Source of the DNA: Caldisphaera sp.
GTDB lineage: Archaea; Thermoproteota; Thermoprotei_A; Sulfolobales; Acidilobaceae
Length of the DNA stretch: 64,000 nucleotides
Direction: 5' to 3'
Assembly (NCBI GenBank): GCA_049971805.1
Contig: JBMFKU010000001.1
Span: 32,001 to 96,000 of the forward strand
Part shown: piece by piece, positions 28,973 to 39,851 of the stretch
Layout of the letters: the number at the start of each line of letters is the position of its first letter
Numbering within the stretch: the first letter of the stretch is position 1
The notes under the pieces: model-generated
What the model was told of the DNA's origin: nothing
Database searches by the model: none
The model's input: the letters and a program-made list of their open reading frames with translations, nothing else
Translations under genes and position numbers: made by a program

Positions 28973-31900
28973 TTAAGAACTCAAACAGCTATTTGTATTT
29001 CCTTTAAGTCTTTCAATAAAAATTTCATTATAAATCTTATTTATAAATTCTATAGGATTTAATCTATTGTTTTCAATTAAGTCAAGTTGCTCCTCTAATA
29101 ATCTGCTACTCTCTTCTGTTAAAAGATCTTTAAATATTGAGCTCATGAGATCATTGTATATTTCTATGCCAGTTTTTGTTGGTATAATATATTTTTTCTT
29201 CTGGCTTTCTATTACATATCCATGTCTTATATTAGATTCTATAACTTTTGCATAAGTGCTTGGCCTTCCTATATTTTTCTTTTTCATAAGCATTACTAAA
29301 TCTCCATTTTTATACAATTCAATTGAACTACTTTTGTAATACAATACATTTTCTAAATCTATCTCATATTCATTATTTAATTCCTTTTTAATCCAGTTTT
29401 CAATCTGAGGTTTAGTTATTAGTGAAAATCCTTCCTTTATTATATTTGTAATAAAATTTAATGACTGTTCAAGTTTTCCTATCTTAATGTTTACTTCTGC
29501 TTTTTCATATACTGAGGGTAACATTTGGCTTGCTATGAACCTTTCAAAGATCAATTGATATAATCTATAATGAAATTGAGATAATTCAACTGGAACCTTT
29601 ATGGATCTATCTAGTATAGCCTTTTCTAGATCTTGAGCTGACAATGGTCTAGTCGGCCTAATAGCTTCGTGAGCCCCCTCATCCCCCCAAGATCTAGGTT
29701 TAAAATATTGAGACAAACCTATATTATCTAAATACATCTTGGCTATTTGTATGCCAATTTGAGAAATTCTAGTTGAATCTGTTCTATGATAAGTTATTAA
29801 GCCCGAATAAAACAAATCTTGTGCGAGTTTCATGGTAAACTGGGCTGTAAATCCAAATTTTAAACTTGCATCATATATAAGAGAATCAGTTGTATATGGA
29901 GGTAAAGGATTGACTTCTTCGTTCCATATCTTGGTTGTTTTTATAATAGCTTTCTTTTCTTTAGATGCATTATCTGCTATCTCTTTATCTTTTGTAAAAT
30001 AATATATATAGCTACCGCTTGGTAATCTAACCTTTAATTTATAGCCCATGCCATTTTTGTATTGGTTGTATCTATCTATAACCCAGCCTAAAACTGGGGT
30101 TTGTACTCTACCTGCACCCAACCACAACTTGCTATATTTTGATTGTAAGTATTTGCTAGTAGAAAAACCTATCCACCTATCATCTATTCTCCTAGAAATT
30201 TGGGCATCAACTAACCCTTTTTGTATATTTCCAGGATTTCTTAGTGCTTCCATAACAGCATTTAAAGTAACTTCATGAAATGCACTTCTAGAAATATTTT
30301 TGTTGTATGGCTTTAAAGCCAAAAATAGATCCCATGAAATCTTTTCACCTTCCCTGTCTGGATCTGTCATTATTAATATTTTGTCAACTTCAGTTGCCAA
30401 TTTTTTTATGGTTTGCAATATTGATTCTGAGGTTACTATAGCATTAGACCCGCACCTAGGGCACTTATCTGTATCTTGGGTAAATTGATATCCACATTTT
30501 AAGCATCTTTTTATTGAAGTATAAATTGGACTTATAGATGAATCAAACATTTTTATCCCATAACATGAGTTATTGTCGTCTACGGCCAGTTCATATACAT
30601 GGCCCTTTGATGCAGTTATTGTTAAAAGAAAAACGGTATTTGTTTGGGGATCTACGGTTGTTGTTTCATATATGTTCAAATTACCCTCCCTTCTTCTCGC
30701 AGGTCTACCCCAAAAATTTGCTATTGTTCTTGCCTTTGTCGGGCTCTCAACAATTATCAATTCGCTTACAATATTTACCATGTTTCCTCCTTCAATTCTC
30801 CTAGTTTCTTCTATTTCTTTTATTACATTGTTTAAATCTAAATCTTTAAAATCTGTAAAATTGCTCATGCTTATCCATTTTAATCTATCTTTGATACCTT
30901 CCACTAGCTCTGGAATATTATCAATTATAACGGACAATCCTTTTGTCATATGACTATAATATAATCTACTCGTCCTCCCGCTTGCTTGCAAATATGTAGG
31001 GGCATCTGGGGAATAAAGATATAGATTTCCGTTTTCATTGCTTATTACAACTGTTCCAATTTTCAGTCTATCTCCATTATTAGGTATCAAATTTAGAACA
31101 GCATTATAGACTCTGTCAATAGAAGAATCGATTAACTCTTTGAGCGTTTTTAATATACCCTTTGCTTCCATCTCTCCTTTTAATACTGCTACAACTATGG
31201 GGGATTGCTCGCTGTACTTAGATACAAAGCTTTCAAGACTTTTTCTTAAGCTATTAAAGCTCTTATCTTTTTCTTCTAAAAACATAACAATTCTGAGTAA
31301 TCTTTGGGGTGAAAGCATTGCTGTCTTTAACTCTAGCTTTCTAGATGGCGTACCAATAAATATTGCATATCTTATTATTTCCGGTAGATCAATTCCCCTA
31401 ACTATAGTCCCATATCTGCTAGCAAGACCAATTACTATATCTGCCTGTCCTTTTTCAAGTTTTTCTATAGCTTTTCTAGAATTTGTTATAGCCTGAACTA
31501 CTTTAATTCCTTTATTATTTAATCTTTCTACCAAAGGCTTTGCTAATTTTTTTCCATAGCTCTGGGAAATAAATATTAATCCTCCCTTACCCAATCTTTC
31601 TATTAAATTTATTGTTTCTTCAATTACATTATTAGTAATCAGATAAGAATCTACTACATTTCGTAAATAATCTGTACCACCGCCTATTTCAAACCCTAGA
31701 AGTTCCCTGAATACCAGGTGTTTTATTCCCTTTGGTCTACCAGTTGCTGATGCTATAACTAGTTGACCCCTTTCTGCTTCTTCATTTGTAGAAGTTATTA
31801 AATTAACCTGCAAATTTGCTATTTCTTCTTCTAATTGCTTTCTTTTTTCTTCTCTTTTATTTGATAATGCTATAGTATAGTCAATTTTTTTCGTAACTAA

Positions 31901-32677
31901 TTTATATGCAGTTTCAACAGAACCTTCATTAAATCCTAATAAAATTAATACTCTATCAATGTTTTTGCTATTCCTTAAAAGGCTATCAACATCATCAACT
32001 ATTATTAATTCATATGGAGAATATCTTTTTAATAGATCAAACTTTTTTATTAAATATCCTGGAGTTATTATTAATATTTTATAATCGCCTTCATTAATTC
32101 TAGATGTCATAAATTCCTTATCACTTTTTTGCATTGAGGAATAATAATAAGCAACTCCATCGTTTAAAAAGCTAGAAAACTTTCTAGCAGTTTGTACAAC
32201 AAGATTCTCTGTTGGAGTTAAATACAAAATCTTTCCTTTGCTATTAATGGCCCTATAGGCGGCGTATGATATGAGGAGAGTTGTTTTTCCAACTCCTGTT
32301 GGAGCTACTATGGAAAAGCTTTCTGGATATAATAATCTCCTAGCCCAGCTTTTTTGCGCACTTGAAAGATTAAAACTAGTTTTATCTTCAAAAAATTTAC
32401 TGAAATCTTTATATGATAATTCTAAATAATAAAGCCATGCATATCCGCTTAACTTATTGTTTTTCTTTAAAATATCACCAATTATAATTGGATCGTTTTC
32501 ATCCACTTCTTTTTCTAGGCAAGTATTGCATGGCAAACCTTTCTCTAATCTATTTGAACTTATTTCTCTGCCGCAATTGGGACACAGATGCCTAAATATT
32601 GGATTAAGAGACACTAGCAACCGCCTGAGGGCCATCCTCGGTTTAAACGCTTTTAAGCATCTAAAGTTATTAAGCAT
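28973..32677 (-). CDS. rgy: reverse gyrase
   Basis: N-terminal CPNC Zn finger, APTGVGKTT, DDVD, QASGRTSR, VESPTKA, DPDREGE and catalytic ITYHRTDS. Confidence 0.97.
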   Translation of the reverse strand: MLNNFRCLKAFKPRMALRRLLVSLNPIFRHLCPNCGREISSNRLEKGLPCNTCLEKEVDENDPIIIGDILKKNNKLSGYAWLYYLELSYKDFSKFFEDKTSFNLSSAQKSWARRLLYPESFSIVAPTGVGKTTLLISYAAYRAINSKGKILYLTPTENLVVQTARKFSSFLNDGVAYYYSSMQKSDKEFMTSRINEGDYKILIITPGYLIKKFDLLKRYSPYELIIVDDVDSLLRNSKNIDRVLILLGFNEGSVETAYKLVTKKIDYTIALSNKREEKRKQLEEEIANLQVNLITSTNEEAERGQLVIASATGRPKGIKHLVFRELLGFEIGGGTDYLRNVVDSYLITNNVIEETINLIERLGKGGLIFISQSYGKKLAKPLVERLNNKGIKVVQAITNSRKAIEKLEKGQADIVIGLASRYGTIVRGIDLPEIIRYAIFIGTPSRKLELKTAMLSPQRLLRIVMFLEEKDKSFNSLRKSLESFVSKYSEQSPIVVAVLKGEMEAKGILKTLKELIDSSIDRVYNAVLNLIPNNGDRLKIGTVVISNENGNLYLYSPDAPTYLQASGRTSRLYYSHMTKGLSVIIDNIPELVEGIKDRLKWISMSNFTDFKDLDLNNVIKEIEETRRIEGGNMVNIVSELIIVESPTKARTIANFWGRPARRREGNLNIYETTTVDPQTNTVFLLTITASKGHVYELAVDDNNSCYGIKMFDSSISPIYTSIKRCLKCGYQFTQDTDKCPRCGSNAIVTSESILQTIKKLATEVDKILIMTDPDREGEKISWDLFLALKPYNKNISRSAFHEVTLNAVMEALRNPGNIQKGLVDAQISRRIDDRWIGFSTSKYLQSKYSKLWLGAGRVQTPVLGWVIDRYNQYKNGMGYKLKVRLPSGSYIYYFTKDKEIADNASKEKKAIIKTTKIWNEEVNPLPPYTTDSLIYDASLKFGFTAQFTMKLAQDLFYSGLITYHRTDSTRISQIGIQIAKMYLDNIGLSQYFKPRSWGDEGAHEAIRPTRPLSAQDLEKAILDRSIKVPVELSQFHYRLYQLIFERFIASQMLPSVYEKAEVNIKIGKLEQSLNFITNIIKEGFSLITKPQIENWIKKELNNEYEIDLENVLYYKSSSIELYKNGDLVMLMKKKNIGRPSTYAKVIESNIRHGYVIESQKKKYIIPTKTGIEIYNDLMSSIFKDLLTEESSRLLEEQLDLIENNRLNPIEFINKIYNEIFIERLKGNTNSCLSS

Positions 32678-32756
32678 TAAAGCTTAAATATGATCATTAT
32701 CTTAAATAATAAAATTAGAATAAGAATTTAAAAATAAAAAATTATTAAGATAGATT

Positions 32757-35615
32757 TTATGGTTTTTCCCACCACCAAAACTCTGATTCTAAACCATTAG
32801 TGAACGATGGATTTGATTGCCAAGTCATGCTATTCTGGAACGAATTCATGTATGATCCTAATATCCATGCTTTGCTTGGAACAACAACATACACCATTAT
32901 GTAAAGGTCTATAGCCTGTTGTTGTGTTTCGCGTATTATACTAGTGGCATTTGCCCATCCTTGTTCATCAGCTAAATCAGCTTCATTTATCATATCATTT
33001 AGTTGCTTGAATTGTTGGGATTCTTGCCAAATTAAAGCACCAACATATTTATTGCCAGTTGAATTAAATTGTGATGAGAGTTGCTCTAAATAGGTAACAT
33101 TCCATCCATCGGGTCCTCCATAAACTCCTCCTTCTTGATACATAAATGGTAGCCAATACCATGCTAATGGTATCCCATTCCAATCAAGATAATAAACTGG
33201 CATGGGATTAGCTCCAGGAACCATATAGCTTATTATTGTTGAAAACGGCATGTATAATGGAATTGCAGTTATATATGGATCCATTTCATGTAAGTTCTGT
33301 GCCCACATTTCTGCTGCTGTGAAATCAACAGTATCACCGCTTGATACAATTATTGGGAAGTTAACGCTTATATTATAGAAGCCTGATTCTTCCATTAATT
33401 GTTTAGCATATGTCAAGTTAAATGTTGGGCAATTATTTAATTCTGATGGCGGAACAGGATAATCCATACCTTGCAATAATATACCGCACCATGGTTGACC
33501 TAAATTCATATGATATTTCGCATTTCCTAGTATATCATTTATATATTCTGTATAGTTAAATGCATATGCAAATGCCTCTCTAACTAATGGATTTGCAAAA
33601 TAATAGCTTGGTATATTATAGCTTGGATTTATCTCTTTCAATAATGTTTCGCTTATATTTAAATTAAATGAAAACCACCATTCATTTAATGACGGTTCAC
33701 TATATATTTTTATTTTTCCTTGGCTTTCTAATTGCTGTAATGTTGGTATATATGGTGAAAATGAGCTTTTTGGAAAAGTAACTATGTCTGCTTCACCGCT
33801 TGCAAGCATATTTAATGCTGTTGTTGGATCTTTAACCCAATCAACAATAACAGTATCGTTAGGTCTTGGGAAATAAGTTATATTATTAGGCCAGTATGGA
33901 TTTGGTTTCAATACGACGCTTTGTCCAGGAGTATATGATGCTATGAAATAAGGACCAGTAAATCCTGCATTTGAAGAAGGCCATTGAACTTGAGTATTAT
34001 AGTTTCCAACAATACATGTTTGCTGATATTGATAAAATGATTGAGCTAGTTGAGTATAGTTGCCATCATACAACCCGGTTAGGTTTAATCCATCATTAAC
34101 CTGATTTAACCATTTGGCATCCATTACGTAATCAAAAGTGGTCATCATGTTAAAGAAAAACTCTGGACTTACAGATTGTATTAAGTTGAAAGTAATTGTG
34201 TTTGTCTGGTTATTATATGATACTGAATTGATTATTTCTTTAGCTCCTAATGAATCATTTGGTGATGTGACAATAAATGAAAACATTGTATAATTAGGTA
34301 CAGTAAATGGAGCCAAGTTGGTTCCACTGCCAGAAGGTACGCCACCAGCACATACTAACATTCTTATCATTGTATACCATACATCATAAGCTGTTATAGG
34401 GTCCCCATTTGATGCTTTTAATCCTGGTCTTATCTTAAATATGTAAATCGTGTAATTTGGTGATATAGCTCCATATTTGTACCTATTAGTAACATTGCTC
34501 CAATTTCCAACTGTTGGTATGTATTCTGCAAGCATAGGTATAAATTGTGTTGTGCTTGATTGATAATACCAAACCAAAGAGCCATATATATTGTTTATAA
34601 TTTCATTACTGACTGTATCTGGGAATAGAGATGGGTCAAATGTAAATGGTCCTCCAGGAACAACTTCAGCATCAACTATTACTCCAGGATTAGGTATGCT
34701 GGATTGTATAGAATATAAATTAAATTGCATGTTTTCTGATGAAACTGCTACTGTATGGTAGACTGTGTAATTATAAGTTTTACCAGATGAAATGTTTTCT
34801 GTAACAATTGTTAAGCTTATTGGATATAATCCTGGTGTGTTAAATGAAACTGTTATTGGATTTTTAACAGGTTCTATATAGCTAATGTTTCCGGATCTAG
34901 TTAAGAAAACCTGCTCAGCATAGCCAGTTGAATTTCTTGCAGGTAAAGTGATTTTTGTGCCATTACCAAATGATATTATGTACTCCTTTATTGTTATGTT
35001 ATTTCCAGAAGGAGGTTGGAGGAAGCCCAAAGACAAATTAAATGGCTGATTAATTGCAATTACAGGACCTTTATTAATTGCAATTACAGGAACAGTTATA
35101 TAATTGGATTCATTGAAGCTTATATATGGTGTTACTACAATTTCTATTAGGTTATTAGATGAAGAACCAATCAAGTTTCCTTGACTATATATGTTATAAT
35201 AGACCAAGTATGAGCCAGGATAATTAAATGTTAAATTAAAATATTGATTTGTTACATTAATTATTTTACCTGATCCATCATATACCAAGGCGTAATATCC
35301 CGGTTTAAAGTTAGGTATTGATACCTCTAATGGTTGACCAGCTAATGCTGAATAACTTTCAGGTATTAGGGGTTGCAAAGATTGCAAGGTTGTTGTAGAA
35401 GTAGTTGTAAATGTAGAAGTAGAAGTAGTTGTAAATGTAGAAGTAGAAGTAGTTGTAGATATACTTTGAGTGCTTGTAGTTGTAGAAGTAGAAGTTTGCG
35501 GCTTCTTTGAATTATAATAGACTAATGAAGCACCTGCAATTACAACTATAACAACAACTATTACAGCCAATACAGATTTAGATAAATTTCTATTTCTAAA
35601 AATTATTCTATCCAT
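32757..35615 (-). CDS. ABC-type peptide substrate-binding protein (family 5) with Thr/Ser linker and PKD-like N-terminal domains
   Basis: N-terminal TM, ST-rich linker, TFDP, NGDPITAYDV, TGPY, NPYW and VREAFAYAFN motifs. Confidence 0.88.
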   Translation of the reverse strand: MDRIIFRNRNLSKSVLAVIVVVIVVIAGASLVYYNSKKPQTSTSTTTSTQSISTTTSTSTFTTTSTSTFTTTSTTTLQSLQPLIPESYSALAGQPLEVSIPNFKPGYYALVYDGSGKIINVTNQYFNLTFNYPGSYLVYYNIYSQGNLIGSSSNNLIEIVVTPYISFNESNYITVPVIAINKGPVIAINQPFNLSLGFLQPPSGNNITIKEYIISFGNGTKITLPARNSTGYAEQVFLTRSGNISYIEPVKNPITVSFNTPGLYPISLTIVTENISSGKTYNYTVYHTVAVSSENMQFNLYSIQSSIPNPGVIVDAEVVPGGPFTFDPSLFPDTVSNEIINNIYGSLVWYYQSSTTQFIPMLAEYIPTVGNWSNVTNRYKYGAISPNYTIYIFKIRPGLKASNGDPITAYDVWYTMIRMLVCAGGVPSGSGTNLAPFTVPNYTMFSFIVTSPNDSLGAKEIINSVSYNNQTNTITFNLIQSVSPEFFFNMMTTFDYVMDAKWLNQVNDGLNLTGLYDGNYTQLAQSFYQYQQTCIVGNYNTQVQWPSSNAGFTGPYFIASYTPGQSVVLKPNPYWPNNITYFPRPNDTVIVDWVKDPTTALNMLASGEADIVTFPKSSFSPYIPTLQQLESQGKIKIYSEPSLNEWWFSFNLNISETLLKEINPSYNIPSYYFANPLVREAFAYAFNYTEYINDILGNAKYHMNLGQPWCGILLQGMDYPVPPSELNNCPTFNLTYAKQLMEESGFYNISVNFPIIVSSGDTVDFTAAEMWAQNLHEMDPYITAIPLYMPFSTIISYMVPGANPMPVYYLDWNGIPLAWYWLPFMYQEGGVYGGPDGWNVTYLEQLSSQFNSTGNKYVGALIWQESQQFKQLNDMINEADLADEQGWANATSIIRETQQQAIDLYIMVYVVVPSKAWILGSYMNSFQNSMTWQSNPSFTNGLESEFWWWEKP
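35395..35457. repeat. 24-bp coding tandem repeat (2.6 copies) in the Thr/Ser linker
   Basis: GTAGAAGTAGTTGTAAATGTAGAA at 35395 and 35419, partial at 35443; encodes TTTSTSTF repeats. Confidence 0.85.
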
Positions 35616-35740
35616 TTTCCCACCATAGGTCTAACAAAAAATAGAATATTTAGTGGTATTTATACTTTTCCTTTTAAATACATATAATTATTAAAATAGT
35701 TTTTTTGGTAGGATTAAAATTATTCATTTAATATTGTATA

Positions 35741-37006
35741 CTATAGTTTATTCTTATATATTTCCCCTTCTTTAATCACTAATTTAACATTTTCAGTATT
35801 TGTTAAAAGATTTATATTGCTTAAAGGATCACCATCTATAACTATTATATCGGCAAAACTTCCCTTCTTTATTTCTCCCACCTTACCTTTTAATCCTGCA
35901 GCTTCAGCAGCATTTACTGTTGCAGCTTTTATCACCTCTAATGGAGACATATTAACTTTTTCATACAATAATTTAAGTTCCATAGAGTTTGTTCCCATTT
36001 TTCCCACACCACCATCAAAATCCGTTCCAGTTGCTATTTTCGCCCCTTGTTTATGAATTGTTTTAACAGCTTCTATGTGTTGATTATAAACTTCAGCTGT
36101 TTTCTTTAATCCCCATTCTGGAACTCCCAATTTTTCTCCTTCATCAATTAGCTTTTGAACTATTGAAAGGGTTGGTACAACAACCGCATCTTTTTCTTTT
36201 GCAAGCTCTGTGGCTTCTTCATCCATATATATTGCATGTGCTATTACCTTAACCCCAGCATTTAAGGAATTCATAATACCCACCTTACCTTGGGCATGTG
36301 CATGAACCCATCTACCAGTTGCATTTGCTTCATCAACTATCGCTTTCAATTCTTCTAATGTAAATTGCCTATGTTCTGGCCTATCTTTTTGAGATAAAAC
36401 ACCTCCAGTTGCCATTACTTTTATAAAATCTGCACCTTCTCTCATAGCATATCTTGCTGCCTTTCTGCACTCATCTTCTCCATCGCATATAAGAGACATA
36501 AATGGAGACAATTTTTTAGAAGTTCTGAAGTCAACGTATTCAACTGGCATATAATGAGTATCTGCATGACCAAAGGTTTGGCTTAAAGGTAGACCAGATG
36601 CAACAATCCTTGGTCCAGGAATTGTTTTTTCTTTAACTGCATCTCTTAAATGTAAGGCTATATAGCTTCCAGCATCTACAACTGTAGTAAATCCTGCATC
36701 TATTAGGGATTCAAGATCTTTTACTGCACGGGCAAAGAAAACACCTATGGGTGTGATAAGTCCTTCTTCTATTTTTCCAGATCTTTGCCCTGTAATATGT
36801 AAGTGGGCATCTATTAGCCCAGGCATAGCGGTTTTACCATTACATTCAATTATTTTGGCAGAATTCGGTATCTCTACATATCCTCTGGAACCATAATCTT
36901 TAATTAATCCATCTTGTATTAATATTACGCCTTTCTCAGAAACAACACCATTTTGAGGATCTAGGATCCTTACGTTACTAAGGGCAAACAAATTTGTTTC
37001 GCTCAT
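35741..37006 (-). CDS. amidohydrolase (Xaa-Pro dipeptidase-like)
   Basis: PGLIDAHLH, GFTTV.D.G, IKVMATGGV, HAHA and GTD motifs. Confidence 0.88.
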   Translation of the reverse strand: MSETNLFALSNVRILDPQNGVVSEKGVILIQDGLIKDYGSRGYVEIPNSAKIIECNGKTAMPGLIDAHLHITGQRSGKIEEGLITPIGVFFARAVKDLESLIDAGFTTVVDAGSYIALHLRDAVKEKTIPGPRIVASGLPLSQTFGHADTHYMPVEYVDFRTSKKLSPFMSLICDGEDECRKAARYAMREGADFIKVMATGGVLSQKDRPEHRQFTLEELKAIVDEANATGRWVHAHAQGKVGIMNSLNAGVKVIAHAIYMDEEATELAKEKDAVVVPTLSIVQKLIDEGEKLGVPEWGLKKTAEVYNQHIEAVKTIHKQGAKIATGTDFDGGVGKMGTNSMELKLLYEKVNMSPLEVIKAATVNAAEAAGLKGKVGEIKKGSFADIIVIDGDPLSNINLLTNTENVKLVIKEGEIYKNKL

Positions 37007-37184
37007 ATTGGGTCACAAAAAGAAAAGTAATTAATCCTACTTTTAAATTTTTCCTTTTTTTCCCACATCAATACTAGTATTTACTTATGTATGCAATATT
37101 AATTAATTTGAATAACTAATATAAACTAATAGGATATTTTATTTTTAAATTAATCAAAAACTAAGCTTTATTTTCTTAAAAAAG

Positions 37185-37955
37185 TCATATTATTTCCTTG
37201 CTATAGTCTTTCCATATAATGTTTAGCCTATCATAGACCTCTCTGGACTCAAGTTCTTCTTGTTGTAAAACACCTATTATACCTTCAGGATTTTTCATAA
37301 CAATAATATAGGCCTTTCTGGAAGAAATTAGATCAAAAAATATTGGTTTATATAACTTCATTTTAATTCCTAAATCATTATTTTCTTTTCTCATATCTTT
37401 GTTGAATTCATTTAATTCTTCCATAATTATTCTTAAATCATTGGTTAAGGGCAAAATAGACTTTACTATAGGTTTTAAAATTTCATTCCAATTTGATAAT
37501 ATTCTGCCAATAGTAATGTAAATCACATCGCTTTCTTTCATTGTTTCTGCAATTAAAGAAATCAGGTTATAATAACCCTTTACAAATAAAATATTTTTTC
37601 CTTTTTCTATCATTGCTATGTTTTCTAAATTATCTGATATATCTAATATCTCCTTGACTTTCTTTTTTGATTCTTCCTCTAGCCTAGCAATCGCTGAAAC
37701 AGCAACAGCCCTTGGATGAACAGCTCTATACCAACCCTTAGGATCTGAAACAGCCATTCCTTTCATTTCCAAAACTTTTATTATATCATAAATTCTTGGC
37801 AGAGGGACCCCACTTTTTGCACTTGCTTCTTTAGGATCCTTAGCACCTTCTAATAAAGCTAAATATAGTTTTGCTTCGTATAAAGTTAGATCTAAACTTT
37901 TTCTTAGCTTCTCAACAAATTCTTCTTTTTTTTCTTCGGACAAACTTTCTCCCAT
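37185..37955 (-). CDS. TrmB-family transcriptional regulator
   Basis: LTLYEAKLYLALL...SGVPLPRIYDI...LE.KG motif. Confidence 0.88.
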   Translation of the reverse strand: MGESLSEEKKEEFVEKLRKSLDLTLYEAKLYLALLEGAKDPKEASAKSGVPLPRIYDIIKVLEMKGMAVSDPKGWYRAVHPRAVAVSAIARLEEESKKKVKEILDISDNLENIAMIEKGKNILFVKGYYNLISLIAETMKESDVIYITIGRILSNWNEILKPIVKSILPLTNDLRIIMEELNEFNKDMRKENNDLGIKMKLYKPIFFDLISSRKAYIIVMKNPEGIIGVLQQEELESREVYDRLNIIWKDYSKEII

Positions 37956-38015
37956 AATTATATATAAAAATTAAAAAGAATAAATTTTTTTAATTTTATT
38001 AGATTAAAAAAAGTT

Positions 38016-38693
38016 TTACTTGCCAGCTCCTGCAGTTGCAGAGCTAGCATTGTTAACTGAAGATGGTATACTCTCTGCTGTAGGTATTTCTGGAAATTCT
38101 TGTTTCATCTTTTGTTCTGCTACTAAGCTTGCATCTTTTAATATCTTCTGTGCCTCTTCCGTTACAAACTCGTTTTCTAGCATTGGTACACTGCCTGAGC
38201 TGTATTGCATCATTGCCATTTGTAATTCCTCGTCTACTCCCATCAATTCTGTAAACACGTCTGGCATCATGCCTTTCAAATATCCAGCTACATTCTTTAA
38301 GGCTACAATTGCTGGAGCTAGGTCGGCATTTACATCTCCAAATATTAATGTGGTGTCTAATCTTAACTTTACTCTTTCCAATGCAAATCTAACTGTCATT
38401 AATACCTTTGCCATCTTTCTTACTTCAGCTACTTCATTTGCGTACATGCCAGCCTTACTCTTGTCGCCTTCTACCAATGCATTAACTGTTTTTTCAAACA
38501 GTTGTTTATCATAAGCCTCTAATTTGCTTAGATTATAGTCTAATTTGTTTATTTGTGTTGCAATTTTATATGTTGCAGATATTATTTGCCCCTTTAATGG
38601 GGGAGGTGGTCTTACTGCAGTTTTAATCTTTTGACCAATAGTTTCCTTCTTTTGTTCATACCATCTCTTATTCCAATCTTCTAAGCTGCTCAA
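38016..38693 (-). CDS. ESCRT-III / Snf7 protein (CdvB1/B2-like)
   Basis: A..YANEVAEVRK, LERVKLRL.T and EAQKIL.DA...AE; no C-terminal wH domain. Confidence 0.9.
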   Translation of the reverse strand: MSSLEDWNKRWYEQKKETIGQKIKTAVRPPPPLKGQIISATYKIATQINKLDYNLSKLEAYDKQLFEKTVNALVEGDKSKAGMYANEVAEVRKMAKVLMTVRFALERVKLRLDTTLIFGDVNADLAPAIVALKNVAGYLKGMMPDVFTELMGVDEELQMAMMQYSSGSVPMLENEFVTEEAQKILKDASLVAEQKMKQEFPEIPTAESIPSSVNNASSATAGAGK

Positions 38694-38807
38694 GCATCTT
38701 TCACCAACTAGTATAGTTTTAAAAAATAGCTAATAAGGAGAAAAACTTAATAAATAGGGGTTTCACATTATATATCCTTCTAGTTAATTAAAGATTTGGT
38801 GTCTTAA

Positions 38808-39524
38808 GTGGTGATCCTAAGAATCGATGAGGTATCAAGATTTACTGGCGATGACATATATGATGAATATGGAAGAAATTTGGGAACAGTAATAAGTATA
38901 TCAAGCTCAGTTGATGGTAAGGTAGAAAACATTTCAATAAAAATTGCTGATAGAAACATTGAATCAATAGATGGAGAAAGATTAAAGCTTCAAGATGGTA
39001 AAATAGTTGTTGTTCCAACCTGGAAGTTTGAGGCCAGTAAACTAATAGAAAATCTCGATAGAGCATATAAAAGAAGGAAAGCGTTAGATACTATATCTGG
39101 TCAAAATGACCTGCCGAGCAGTGTAGTAGACCCAATGAAAAGAAGACTTGATGAAGAAATAAAGGCTTTAAGAATTAAGGCCGATGAGGTTAAAAAAATT
39201 ATAAACGGAAGAGTAAATGAGATCGAAGATGAGGAATTAAAAGTTTCTAGAGCTATAGCAAATATTGAGATATCATATTTTAGTGGAGAAATCAGTGAAA
39301 AAGGCTACACACAAAGCATGAACCATCTAAGAAAACTAAAAGACACAAACTCAGAGGAAAAGAGATCTGCTAAAGAATATTTGGAAAAGCTCGATAAAAC
39401 TGTTCAATTAGCTTTTACAGAAAATAAAGAGGTTGTAAAGCCTAAAGAAATAACTGAACAAAGTAAACAAGTACAAGCTGTACAAGCACAACAGAATTCG
39501 TTGCTTGTTAAAATAGAAAGCTAG
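38808..39524 (+). CDS. cdvA: cell division protein CdvA
   Basis: N-terminal PRC barrel (G..I.DEYGR.LG), P.WK, coiled coil, SYFSGEI.E..Y and C-terminal beta-strand LLVKI; 238 aa. Confidence 0.9.
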   Translation: MVILRIDEVSRFTGDDIYDEYGRNLGTVISISSSVDGKVENISIKIADRNIESIDGERLKLQDGKIVVVPTWKFEASKLIENLDRAYKRRKALDTISGQNDLPSSVVDPMKRRLDEEIKALRIKADEVKKIINGRVNEIEDEELKVSRAIANIEISYFSGEISEKGYTQSMNHLRKLKDTNSEEKRSAKEYLEKLDKTVQLAFTENKEVVKPKEITEQSKQVQAVQAQQNSLLVKIES

Positions 39525-39681
39525 CTATAAAATTAATAGGATTTTTGTGATAAATTTAATGATTTTATTATATGAAATTAACTATAAAATTCTATTTGGT
39601 TATATAATTAAAAATTTTGCTAATCATATTAAATAAAAAGGATAGAAAATATAATCCCTTTTTATCAAACTAAAATAATGA

Positions 39682-39767
39682 GCAGGGGTGCCCGAGCTTG
39701 GTCTAAAGGGGACGGGCTCAAGACCCGTTGGCGTAGGCCTGCGTGGGTTCAAATCCCACCCCCTGCA
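39682..39767 (+). tRNA. tRNA-Leu (CAA), no intron, CCA not encoded
   Basis: GCAGGGG/CCCCTGC acceptor stem, ACGGG-CTCAAGA-CCCGT anticodon arm, long variable arm, GTGGG-TTCAAAT-CCCAC T arm. Confidence 0.97.
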
Positions 39768-39851
39768 TTTTTTAATTTAATGGTAATTGATTTATTAAAT
39801 ATAAATGCAAAATAAACAAAAATTTTTAACTACTATCATACCTTACTATTT

